Below, piece after piece: positions 9,079 through 18,228 of a DNA stretch of 64,000 bases; the first letter of the stretch is position 1, and each line of letters begins with the position of its first letter. The DNA is from Roseivirga sp. (GTDB lineage: Bacteria; Bacteroidota; Bacteroidia; Cytophagales; Cyclobacteriaceae): assembly GCA_047633135.1 (NCBI GenBank), contig JBLIES010000001.1:3749-67748 (forward strand), written 5' to 3'. The notes beneath the pieces are model-generated. The model searched no databases. It was given only the letters and a program-made list of their open reading frames with translations, and was not told where the DNA came from. The position numbers were made by a program, and so were the translations under genes.

Positions 9079-12000
9079 ATGAAAACTCGTTTCATCAGTA
9101 TACTCTTTTTAATCGCTATAAGTGGAGTAAAAACCTTCGGTTATCAACAAAGCGCAGTACCTATTCACTCCGTTTTTCTTGTGGGTGATGCTGGCGAACC
9201 AATAGAAAACCCTGTACTCATCTTATTAAAAAAGGAATTAGCCTTGCTTGGAGATAAGGGCACGGTAGTCTATTTGGGCGATAATATTTACCCTAAGGGT
9301 ATGCCTCAAAAAGGAGACAAACTACGTGCTGATGCTGAAAAAGCAATTAATGGGCAAATTGAGGCTGTTAAAGACTTTGATGGCAACAAATTTTTCATCC
9401 CTGGTAATCACGACTGGTCGAAAGGAAGAAACGATGGAATTGAATGGCTCGCCAGGCAAGAAAATTACGTTGAAGATAGGTTAGACAGTCAAGATGTCTG
9501 GATACCCTCCCGCGGTTGCCCAGGACCCACAGAGATTAATTTAACTGAGCAGATTACGCTGATCGTTATCGATACCCAGTGGTTTTTACACAAAGGAACA
9601 AAGCCTGAAGAAGGCTCGGATTGCGATGCAATTAGCAAAGAAGAGCTGGTGGCTAGTTTTCAAGATGCCCTCTTGAGAAATGCTACGAAGAAGGTGATTG
9701 TAGCATCACACCATCCCATGTATACTTATGGTATACATGGGGGAGTATTCAACCTTAAAGACCATCTATTCCCACTCACAGCATCCAAAAAGACCAAGTG
9801 GCTCTATTTACCTTTGCCAGGCATAGGGTCTATCTATCCACTTTATAGAAAGTGGTTTGGAAATATTCAAGATACGTCTCACCCAATTTATCAACAGTTC
9901 AGAGATGCCATGGTGACTTTGATGAAACAGCATCCCGACATTGTACACGTAGCTGGCCACGAACATGCTTTAGAGCATATTCAAAAAGAAGGAATGAACT
10001 TTATTGTGAGTGGGGCTGGTGCCAAAAATAATGCTCACGTTAAGCAAAAAGATGACGCAAAATTTGCCACCAATACAATTGGCTACGCCAGACTAGATTA
10101 TTTCGCGGATGGACGTACTGAGCTAAAATTTGTAACCCCCGTAGAGGGCAGTACAAAGGAACTTTATTCTACCAATATTTCTACAAAGCCTTTTCTTCCC
10201 AAGCCAGAAAGCCTGATGGCTAAATATTCAAAAATCAGCTTTGAAGGAAAAGACACTATTTTTCCAGCCAGTGAGCTTTATCATATCCGTAGCAAATTTC
10301 ACATTAGTATGTTCGGAGAAAACTATCGTAAGGAATGGGCCAGCCCAATGAAAGTACCGATTTTTGATATTGCTACAGAAAAAGGTGGATTAAAAATACT
10401 TCAGCGTGGAGGTGGTCACCAAACCATTTCTTTAAGATTAGAAAATAAAAAGGGTAAGCAGTTTGTCTTGAGGTCTATGGATAAAAATCCAGCATTAACA
10501 TTGCCACCTGAGCTGAGACAGACCTTCATAAAATCAATTGTACAAGATGGTATTTCAGCATCACATCCTTACGCTCCTTTTGTAATTCCGGCACTGGCCG
10601 ATGCGGCTGGAATATACCACACCAACCCAAAAGTAGTTTTTATTCCTGACGACCCTCGCTTTGGGATCTACAGGTCTGCGCTGGCCAATTCTTTAGCCCT
10701 ATTCGAAGAAAGGCCTAATAAAGAAAATATAGAAGAAGAATTTTTTGGAGATGGTGACGATGTTGAATCCAGCATTGATCTGTATGAATCACTTAGAAAT
10801 GACAATGATAATCACGTTGATCAAGTATTTGTCACCCGAAACAGGCTCTTCGATTTTTGGTTAGGCGATTGGGATAGGCATGACGACCAGTGGCGATGGG
10901 TAGAGTATAATAAAAAAGATGATGAGAAGCTTTACCGTCCTATTCCCAGAGATAGAGATGTAGCTTTCTTTGCTGGCGAGGGCCTTTTCAAAAAAATAGC
11001 TTCTTCAAAATGGGCACAACCCGCACTTAGAGGATTTCATGATGACATTGATTACGTGCCTGGCCTTGGGGCTTACAGAATCCGCTATTTTGATAGAATT
11101 TTCATGACCGAAGTTTCTCTAGACAGTTGGATTGAGCAAGCAAATGAGCTCAAGGCCGCACTCACTGACGAAACAATAGAAACAGTCATTAGACAGTGGC
11201 CTGATGAAATTTATGATTTGAGTGGAGAAGAAATCATTAGGAAACTCAAAAACAGGCGCGACAACTTGGATAAGTATGCACGTGAATATTACCTATTTAT
11301 TTCTAAAACGGTCGATGTCTTAGCAAGCGATAAACGCGAACTATTCAAAATTGAGCGCTTAGATGATGAAAACACGAAAGTCACCGTCATTAAGATTTCG
11401 AAAAAAGGAGCGATTGATCAAGTGATTTATCAACGTACTTTTAAATCTTCTGAAACGGAAGAAATTCGATTATTCGGCTTCGATGGAGAAGACCGATTCG
11501 AAGTGTCCGGAGAGGTGAACGATGGAATCAAAGTGAGAATAATTAGCGGTGATGATGACGACATAATCATTGATAATAGCACCGTAAAGGGCTGGAGTAA
11601 AAAAACCATCGTGTATGATAATGTCAAAGGAACCCAGCTTACGAGCAGTGGAGAAACAAAAAACCTGACCTCTGATAAGGACACAGAAATCAACAGATAC
11701 AACCGACAAGAGTTCGATTTTGACATAATTTCGCCTGTAGTTTCATTCGATTATAACCCTGATGATGGGCTGTTTCTAGGAGGTGGGATAACGATCAAAA
11801 AAGATGGGTTCAGAAACGAGCCCTATCAATCTAAACAGACGATTCAAGGTAATTATGCTCTTGCCACCGCATCTTACAGCCTGTCCTATGATTTAGACAT
11901 TATAGATGCATTTGGTAAGGCAGACTTTTCTTTTAGGGGGGATGCAAAAGTGCCCAACTTCGTAAATAACTTTTTTGGATTAGGCAATGAAACCACCTTT

Positions 12001-12768
12001 GATGACGACCTCGAAAGGACATTTCACAGAACTAGATTTGAAGAGTTCAACCTAAGACCCACTGTCAATTTTAACTTGGGGCCTAAGTTTACTTTAAATA
12101 TTGGCCCAACTTTCAGAGCTGTTGAGATTGAAGAATCCAACGATCGCTTTATCCGCGTTTTTGCCAATGGCGGGGGCCTCGGGGACAATCTTTTTGAACA
12201 AAAGTTATATGGTGGAGCAACGATTGGTTTCCATTTTGATAGCCGCGATGACGCCCTCATTCCTAAGAATGGAACCGTATTTAATGCCACCTACGATTAC
12301 AGCAACGGACTGAACGATGCCTCTTTTAACAGTGCGCAATTTAAGACAGACGTCACCTTCATTTGGTCTTTTAGAGAGCCTTCTCGGACTACTTTTGCAA
12401 CAAGGATCGGCTATCAAAAGAGTTTTGGTGATTTCGAGATTTTTCAATCTGCCCAACTCGATGGATTCAATACGTTGCGAGGTTACAGACGGTATAGGTT
12501 TTCTGGTGAGAGCAGTTTCTATCATCAATTCGATATCAGGATAAAGCTGTTTGATTGGCAATCTTACTTTTTACCCTCCCAGGTGGGCTTAATCCTTTTT
12601 AATGATGTTGGTCGTGTTTGGGTAGATGATGAAGATTCGAATACCTTGCACCACGGGTATGGAGGCGGATTATTCATTACGCCATTCAATTTTGCAACCA
12701 TCACAGTTTTAGCCGCGGCTTCAAAGGAAGGCGTAAGTCCATTATTAAAATTTGGTTTCTTTTTCTAA
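9079..12768 (+). CDS. Outer-membrane protein: metallophosphoesterase + atypical kinase-like domain + Omp85/BamA-type barrel
   Basis: Signal peptide; GDAG, GDNIY, GNHDW, VASHH and GHEH phosphoesterase motifs; GGGHQT, GDWDRHDDQW and IPRDRD in the middle; beta-strand-rich C-terminus with TLRGY loop motif, ending KFGFFF. Confidence 0.85.
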   Translation: MKTRFISILFLIAISGVKTFGYQQSAVPIHSVFLVGDAGEPIENPVLILLKKELALLGDKGTVVYLGDNIYPKGMPQKGDKLRADAEKAINGQIEAVKDFDGNKFFIPGNHDWSKGRNDGIEWLARQENYVEDRLDSQDVWIPSRGCPGPTEINLTEQITLIVIDTQWFLHKGTKPEEGSDCDAISKEELVASFQDALLRNATKKVIVASHHPMYTYGIHGGVFNLKDHLFPLTASKKTKWLYLPLPGIGSIYPLYRKWFGNIQDTSHPIYQQFRDAMVTLMKQHPDIVHVAGHEHALEHIQKEGMNFIVSGAGAKNNAHVKQKDDAKFATNTIGYARLDYFADGRTELKFVTPVEGSTKELYSTNISTKPFLPKPESLMAKYSKISFEGKDTIFPASELYHIRSKFHISMFGENYRKEWASPMKVPIFDIATEKGGLKILQRGGGHQTISLRLENKKGKQFVLRSMDKNPALTLPPELRQTFIKSIVQDGISASHPYAPFVIPALADAAGIYHTNPKVVFIPDDPRFGIYRSALANSLALFEERPNKENIEEEFFGDGDDVESSIDLYESLRNDNDNHVDQVFVTRNRLFDFWLGDWDRHDDQWRWVEYNKKDDEKLYRPIPRDRDVAFFAGEGLFKKIASSKWAQPALRGFHDDIDYVPGLGAYRIRYFDRIFMTEVSLDSWIEQANELKAALTDETIETVIRQWPDEIYDLSGEEIIRKLKNRRDNLDKYAREYYLFISKTVDVLASDKRELFKIERLDDENTKVTVIKISKKGAIDQVIYQRTFKSSETEEIRLFGFDGEDRFEVSGEVNDGIKVRIISGDDDDIIIDNSTVKGWSKKTIVYDNVKGTQLTSSGETKNLTSDKDTEINRYNRQEFDFDIISPVVSFDYNPDDGLFLGGGITIKKDGFRNEPYQSKQTIQGNYALATASYSLSYDLDIIDAFGKADFSFRGDAKVPNFVNNFFGLGNETTFDDDLERTFHRTRFEEFNLRPTVNFNLGPKFTLNIGPTFRAVEIEESNDRFIRVFANGGGLGDNLFEQKLYGGATIGFHFDSRDDALIPKNGTVFNATYDYSNGLNDASFNSAQFKTDVTFIWSFREPSRTTFATRIGYQKSFGDFEIFQSAQLDGFNTLRGYRRYRFSGESSFYHQFDIRIKLFDWQSYFLPSQVGLILFNDVGRVWVDDEDSNTLHHGYGGGLFITPFNFATITVLAAASKEGVSPLLKFGFFF

Positions 12769-12770
12769 AG

Positions 12771-15700
12771 TTAGAGGTCTGGTAGGTCAATCGTAAAAAC
12801 GGTGCCTTTACCCAATTCTGATTGATAAGAGATGGTTCCGTTATGGATTTCTATAAACTGCTTGACTATTATTAGACCTAAACCCGTTCCTTCAATATCG
12901 CCTACATTGCTGGCTCTTGAAAAGGATTCGAAGAGGCCCTTTTGATCTTTGTCGGGAATACCAATTCCGTAATCTTTAATGTCAATATTCACCCCTACTT
13001 TTTTGAAGGTAATGATGATTTCTGGATCAGTTTTTTCTGATGAATATTTCAGCGCATTATTGACCAAGTTGGACAAGGCATGGCTAATAAGTTGACTATC
13101 CAAATTTACATGTCTTTCTACTCCGACTATTTTTATGGCAACGTTTCTCGTTTTATTTACCACTCTATTGTCTTGAACCACTTGATTTATAATCCCCACC
13201 AATGAGGTAATGTCCTTCTTAAGTTCTGTTTTCCCAACATCGAGCCTTCCTAAAGTAAAAACATCTTTGAGTAAAGAATTCATTCTTTGTAACTCGGTTC
13301 TGATTCTACCAACGTGCTTTTTTAATTTCACATTTGGTTCTGGATCAGAATCCAAATACATATTGATGAGCTCATTACTAGACTGAATGGTCGTTAATGG
13401 CGTACGGAACTCATGAGAGGCCATGGAGATAAAACTAGACTTCAACTTCCCTAATTGACGCTCTTTTTCAAGGGCCTTAATTCTTTCTGAAATATCTCGT
13501 GTGGAGGATTGTAAATAAAGGAATTTACCTGCACTATCTTCTATCGAACTATAAGAAGATTCTACCCAAAGCCAATCCTTGCTTGATGATTTTATCCGGT
13601 AAGTGGCTTTTACGTTTTTCCTTTTATTCTCAATCGTTTGGTCCATGATTGTAAGAATAAAAGTCTTCTCATTTGGATGAATTAAATCGGCAAACTTTTT
13701 TCCTAAAAGGCTTTCTGGTTCAAAGTTCAACAGGTATTTTAAGGAAGGTGATATGAATGAAATCTTTCCCTCAAAATCTTGTAATGCGATTACGTCTCCG
13801 GAGTTTTCTGATACTAACTTATACTGTTCTTCCTTTTCTCTCAGTTTTTGCTGTGTTAAAACCTTATCGGTAATATCTCTTTTGTTACTTCGTACAAAGA
13901 TTATCTCTCCATTTTCATCGAGAATAACCCCGCCCTGAGCCTCTAGCCATCTCCATTCACCCTTTTTGTTTTTAAATCTAAAAATAGCTTTGCCATCCTT
14001 AGTCTTATTCTTTAGTGTTTCTAACATATCTAGTTCAACCCTCTTGAGGTCATCTGGATGGACATGTATTGTAGGTGATGTTCCTATTAGTTCTGAAACT
14101 TCATACCCCAAAATATCTTTCACAGAGGGCGAAACAAAATCGTATACCCCTTGCATATTAATGAGGGTAACAATGTCGTTTGAGTTTTCCGTGATGAGCT
14201 TATAGCGCTCTTCGCTTTCCTTTAACCTTTTAGCTGCAACAACTCTTTCGGTTACGTCTCGTGTCGAGGTAAGTAAATAGAGTGGATCGCCATCGGTATC
14301 TGTAATAAGGCCTCCTCGGGTTTCAAGCCATACGTCTTGCCCCTCTTTATGCCGCACTTTAAAGGTGACATTGGCCATTTTGGTTTTTTGCTGCAACACC
14401 GTAACCATGGCTTTTGAAACTTGAATAAGAGAATCCTTACCCATAAATTCTCTTAACCTCAGCCCTTGCAATTCATTGGACTCGTAACCAACAATATCTT
14501 TGCTTGAAGGGCTAACAAAGACAAAGGCCCCGTCAGGGCTTTGTAAACAAATACAATCACTTGAGTTTTCAGAGATGAGCTTATACTTGGCTTGACTTTC
14601 TCTTAACTTAGACTCGGTTAACTTTAAGGAAGAGATATTGGAAAGCGACCCTACAATTCTTTTAGGTAGTCCATTGGCCCTATAAATAATTTTAGCCTTA
14701 ATAAAGACCCAAATAACGTTCTCATTTCCGCCAATAAACCTAGATTCTACCTCTAGTTCCTCTTCTTTATCATCGAATTTATTTCTGATTTTTTGTATAA
14801 AATCAGCTCTATCTTCTTCGTGAATAAACTTGGCCAACAAGTTACTATCCAGTGGGTTTTTTTCTGGAGGTAAACCCATCGTTCCCCAAAATTGAGGTGA
14901 AAAGTAAGAGGTCCCACTCTTAAAGTCATACTCCCAAATCACATCATTAGTACCTTCTACAGCGAGTTGGTATCTTTCATTACTCACTTTTATTTCTCGT
15001 TCCAATGATTTGCGAACGGTGATATCCTGTAGAATCGTGATGTGGCATTCTTCATTTTGAAAATCCAAAGGCATGGTAGAAGCACTTACCCAATACGATT
15101 CCCCCTTTTTGTTTTTGAGTAAAAGCTCATGGTTCTGAACCGTTCCCTTTTTCAACAGCTTTTCAAGGTATGATTTCCTACCTTCGAAGTTCTGGTAAAA
15201 CTGAAGCACTTTATTTCCTAAGAATTCATTTGGCTGCATGCCATACACCTTAAAGAGCACTTCATTTGCGAAAATAATAACTCCACTCTTTTTTGTCGAA
15301 ATAAATACAGGATCAGGCAAAGCATCTACAATACTTTTAAGTCTCTGCTGGCTGAGTTCTAAGTTTCTGCGCGATCGCCTAATGTCATCGATATCAAAGG
15401 TAATCCCATCTAATCGGAGCGGTTTTTCGTCTTTATAGAGCACATTAACTCTATCTCTGACATAGCGGTAATTATTCTCTCCTCGGAGCGTTCTATAAGA
15501 GTAACTGCCATAGCCGTTGTTCAACACATTGACTACCTCATCCAAAATTCTTTCCTGATCCTCGGGGTGGATCATCGTTTGCCACTCTTCTATTGTGGCT
15601 GGAGCCCTGGTATAGAGATTACCTGGAGTTCGCCTCAACGGATTATTTAAATATATAATTTGATATGGCTCAACTGTTAAATCGATGCTCCATACAACTT

Positions 15701-15791
15701 CTGAAAGGTTTTGAACAACTGACTCATAACTTAGGTTTTGTCTGTTTGAATCTGGTATTTCGCGCATTGTACCCTCAAAAACGTTTTGCAT
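12771..15791 (-). CDS. Cytoplasmic multi-PAS sensor histidine kinase
   Basis: About six PAS/PAC repeats (IHPED/VHPDD), H-box SHEFRTPL, N-box NLVNNALKYS, G-boxes DYGIGI and GTGLGL; no transmembrane segment. Confidence 0.93.
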   Translation of the reverse strand: MQNVFEGTMREIPDSNRQNLSYESVVQNLSEVVWSIDLTVEPYQIIYLNNPLRRTPGNLYTRAPATIEEWQTMIHPEDQERILDEVVNVLNNGYGSYSYRTLRGENNYRYVRDRVNVLYKDEKPLRLDGITFDIDDIRRSRRNLELSQQRLKSIVDALPDPVFISTKKSGVIIFANEVLFKVYGMQPNEFLGNKVLQFYQNFEGRKSYLEKLLKKGTVQNHELLLKNKKGESYWVSASTMPLDFQNEECHITILQDITVRKSLEREIKVSNERYQLAVEGTNDVIWEYDFKSGTSYFSPQFWGTMGLPPEKNPLDSNLLAKFIHEEDRADFIQKIRNKFDDKEEELEVESRFIGGNENVIWVFIKAKIIYRANGLPKRIVGSLSNISSLKLTESKLRESQAKYKLISENSSDCICLQSPDGAFVFVSPSSKDIVGYESNELQGLRLREFMGKDSLIQVSKAMVTVLQQKTKMANVTFKVRHKEGQDVWLETRGGLITDTDGDPLYLLTSTRDVTERVVAAKRLKESEERYKLITENSNDIVTLINMQGVYDFVSPSVKDILGYEVSELIGTSPTIHVHPDDLKRVELDMLETLKNKTKDGKAIFRFKNKKGEWRWLEAQGGVILDENGEIIFVRSNKRDITDKVLTQQKLREKEEQYKLVSENSGDVIALQDFEGKISFISPSLKYLLNFEPESLLGKKFADLIHPNEKTFILTIMDQTIENKRKNVKATYRIKSSSKDWLWVESSYSSIEDSAGKFLYLQSSTRDISERIKALEKERQLGKLKSSFISMASHEFRTPLTTIQSSNELINMYLDSDPEPNVKLKKHVGRIRTELQRMNSLLKDVFTLGRLDVGKTELKKDITSLVGIINQVVQDNRVVNKTRNVAIKIVGVERHVNLDSQLISHALSNLVNNALKYSSEKTDPEIIITFKKVGVNIDIKDYGIGIPDKDQKGLFESFSRASNVGDIEGTGLGLIIVKQFIEIHNGTISYQSELGKGTVFTIDLPDL

Positions 15792-15896
15792 AACAAGTAT
15801 AGCCTCACTTAATTTTATTATCTAAATTTAAGATAGCATATTGATGAATTACTGACAAAAAAACTATTCATCGGACTCACCTCAATTAATTAAATC

Positions 15897-16673
15897 ATGC
15901 CTGTAATTGAAACAAACTACGAACTATCGCCTAGAATACTGATCGTAGAAGATGAACCCTTCATCGCTGAAAATCTTCAAGAAATGCTTGGTATTTTTGG
16001 TTATGAAAACACAGAAATCGCCAATTCTGCCAACCAAGCAATCAAGTCAATCAAAACTTCAAGGCCAGATTTGGTGCTACTTGATGTAAAAATTAAAGGT
16101 GATCAAGATGGGATTGAACTAGGTGGAATTATTCATGATCAGTATAAGTTACCCTTTGTTTACATCACTTCTTACTCAGATAAGGAAACTGTAAATAGGG
16201 CAAAGCATACCCAACCATTAGGTTTTATAGTTAAGCCTTTTACCAAAGATGATGTTTATGCTGCCATAGAAGTCGCTCTTTTCAACAAAAACAGAATGGA
16301 GGTTAACTCAGGTATGAACCTGCATGAAGCTAATCCAACAACCTATAACAACGACTCCATATTTATCAAAAGAAGGACACTTTTAGAAAAGGTGAAATAC
16401 TCAGACCTGATCTGGATAGAGGCAGATGGCAATCACATTACCTTACATGCTTCTGGCGATCGTGATTTTACTGTTAGAAAATCTTTAAAAGAAATAACAG
16501 ACAGATTACCCAAAGATAGATTCTTGAGAGTACACAAGTCTTTTGTTGTTCAAGTGGATGCTGTTACGGCTATTGACACTAACCATGTTCATTTGGGGGA
16601 TAAGAAAATACCAATTGGAAGGTCTTATTATAATGCGTTTACCGCAACTTTGAACACCATTACAGCCAGTTAA
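15897..16673 (+). CDS. Response regulator, REC + LytTR
   Basis: ILIVEDE, LLDVK, KPF; C-terminal FLRVHKSFVV and IPIGRSY. Confidence 0.93.
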   Translation: MPVIETNYELSPRILIVEDEPFIAENLQEMLGIFGYENTEIANSANQAIKSIKTSRPDLVLLDVKIKGDQDGIELGGIIHDQYKLPFVYITSYSDKETVNRAKHTQPLGFIVKPFTKDDVYAAIEVALFNKNRMEVNSGMNLHEANPTTYNNDSIFIKRRTLLEKVKYSDLIWIEADGNHITLHASGDRDFTVRKSLKEITDRLPKDRFLRVHKSFVVQVDAVTAIDTNHVHLGDKKIPIGRSYYNAFTATLNTITAS

Positions 16674-17620
16674 TTTCTACGGTAAAATAGTATGGGTACG
16701 GGTTGATCTGAATCCATTTCACTCAATGTAAAAAACCCATCGCCTTTGTTCGAAAAACATATGGCTTCTCCTTGTGGCTCTGGTGTATAAACAATTTTTT
16801 GCGGCACAACTGCCAATGCCTCGGCAATTGTTTGACCATTCGCTCTTTGCCAATAATAAACATTGAAATAATTTTTAATCAGGATCTCTGAACCATCGCT
16901 AGAAATATCCCCTGCGGTAAACATTGTAAATGGAATATTGATTAAAAATTCAGCCGTATCCATTTCATTTGTGGCTTGTGGAAAAGGCAAAACATACAAA
17001 CCCACTTGCGACTCTCTCTTAGAAACTACGTATATGTCGTTTGTTAATGGATCAACCATGAGCGACTCCGCATCTCTGGCTCCATTAGAGTATATAAAAT
17101 CGATGCTTTCTATGTTTGTCAAGTTCTGGGTAGCAGGAATGTTCTGATCATTTAAATCAGGCTCTGGCAATCTATATATGGTAAGATTGTCTCTAACGGC
17201 TCTATTGTCTCCGATATCGCCAACATACAAATATTGAATGCCTGCGTCTGGCCCAGGCCCAATGGCTATATCTTCCCAATCCACATTGTCAGCTCCAGAC
17301 AGTACGAATCTGCCAGAGTCTGCTCCTACCGTACTGATAAGAAATAAGGAAGGGCTACCTCCACTATCGTTATGTGTCCACAAGTATAAGTCGTTGGAGC
17401 GACTAGCAACCAAACCAGAGGCCTCATCAAGGTCTGGAGATTGCAAATCTCCCGAAGATTGAGCTGCAGCAAAGGCACTACTCTGACTGGTATTGGAGTC
17501 AACAGGGTCAGTTTCTACTAGAGCTTCTATGCAACCGGCAGCAACAAAACTCATAAGCGTAAACATTACAAATACACTTTTCAGGGTTCTCATTATCTTT
17601 CTAGCGCTCATGGCCATCAA
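16670..17620 (-). CDS. Putative lipoprotein with SdiA-regulated/phytase-like beta-propeller repeats
   Basis: Lipobox-like FVAAGC; EASGL, WTHNDSG, DWEDIA, GDIGDN, DAESL and QGEAI motifs. Exact start uncertain. Confidence 0.7.
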   Translation of the reverse strand: MMAMSARKIMRTLKSVFVMFTLMSFVAAGCIEALVETDPVDSNTSQSSAFAAAQSSGDLQSPDLDEASGLVASRSNDLYLWTHNDSGGSPSLFLISTVGADSGRFVLSGADNVDWEDIAIGPGPDAGIQYLYVGDIGDNRAVRDNLTIYRLPEPDLNDQNIPATQNLTNIESIDFIYSNGARDAESLMVDPLTNDIYVVSKRESQVGLYVLPFPQATNEMDTAEFLINIPFTMFTAGDISSDGSEILIKNYFNVYYWQRANGQTIAEALAVVPQKIVYTPEPQGEAICFSNKGDGFFTLSEMDSDQPVPILFYRRN

Positions 17621-17649
17621 TGTGTTTTAATGAATAACAGGAAAGGTCA

Positions 17650-17678
17650 AAATAAAAATAGCTTCAGACGAAGCTATT
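17650..17678 (-). terminator. Intrinsic terminator after the cytochrome c gene
   Basis: Perfect 9-bp stem AATAGCTTC-agac-GAAGCTATT, followed on the minus strand by a U-rich tract. Confidence 0.75.
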
Positions 17679-17687
17679 ATGCCAATA

Positions 17688-18113
17688 TTATTTTTTCGCT
17701 TTGGCCCTCACTTTAGCGACTTGTTGGACAGTCACTGTTTTCTCGCCTTTATTTCCCCAAGAATTGCGAACGTAATTAAGCACATCTGCGATATCCTTAT
17801 CGTCAAGTCCAGGGGCGGGCATAACCCCGTTGTATTTTTTACCGTTCACGATAATTTCCCCTTGTTGTCCTTCAAGCATTATTTTTATCGAACGGTCTAA
17901 ATCTGCCATTAGATAATCTGATTTTGCTATCGGAGGGAAAACTGAAGCAATACCTTGGCCTTCATTCAGGTGACATGCCATGCAAAGTCCTTGATAAATA
18001 CCTTTTCCATCTTCCATACTCTTTTTCAACGCTGCATCTTGATCTGCTGACGTAAAACTAAATGAAACGGTGGCTGCTGCTAAGGCAACGAATAGTATGT
18101 AGACTCTTTTCAT
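17688..18113 (-). CDS. Monoheme cytochrome c
   Basis: Signal peptide, CMACH heme motif, distal Met in GVMP. Confidence 0.92.
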   Translation of the reverse strand: MKRVYILFVALAAATVSFSFTSADQDAALKKSMEDGKGIYQGLCMACHLNEGQGIASVFPPIAKSDYLMADLDRSIKIMLEGQQGEIIVNGKKYNGVMPAPGLDDKDIADVLNYVRNSWGNKGEKTVTVQQVAKVRAKAKK

Positions 18114-18228
18114 AATATCAAATGGTTAAAAGATAAAAGTATAAGATTTTTTTCAATAGGGAAGCCCATTCAAAGAAAAGCTCAGAATAGATCATGCCGC
18201 ACAGTATGCATAAACCGAACCAAGTTCT

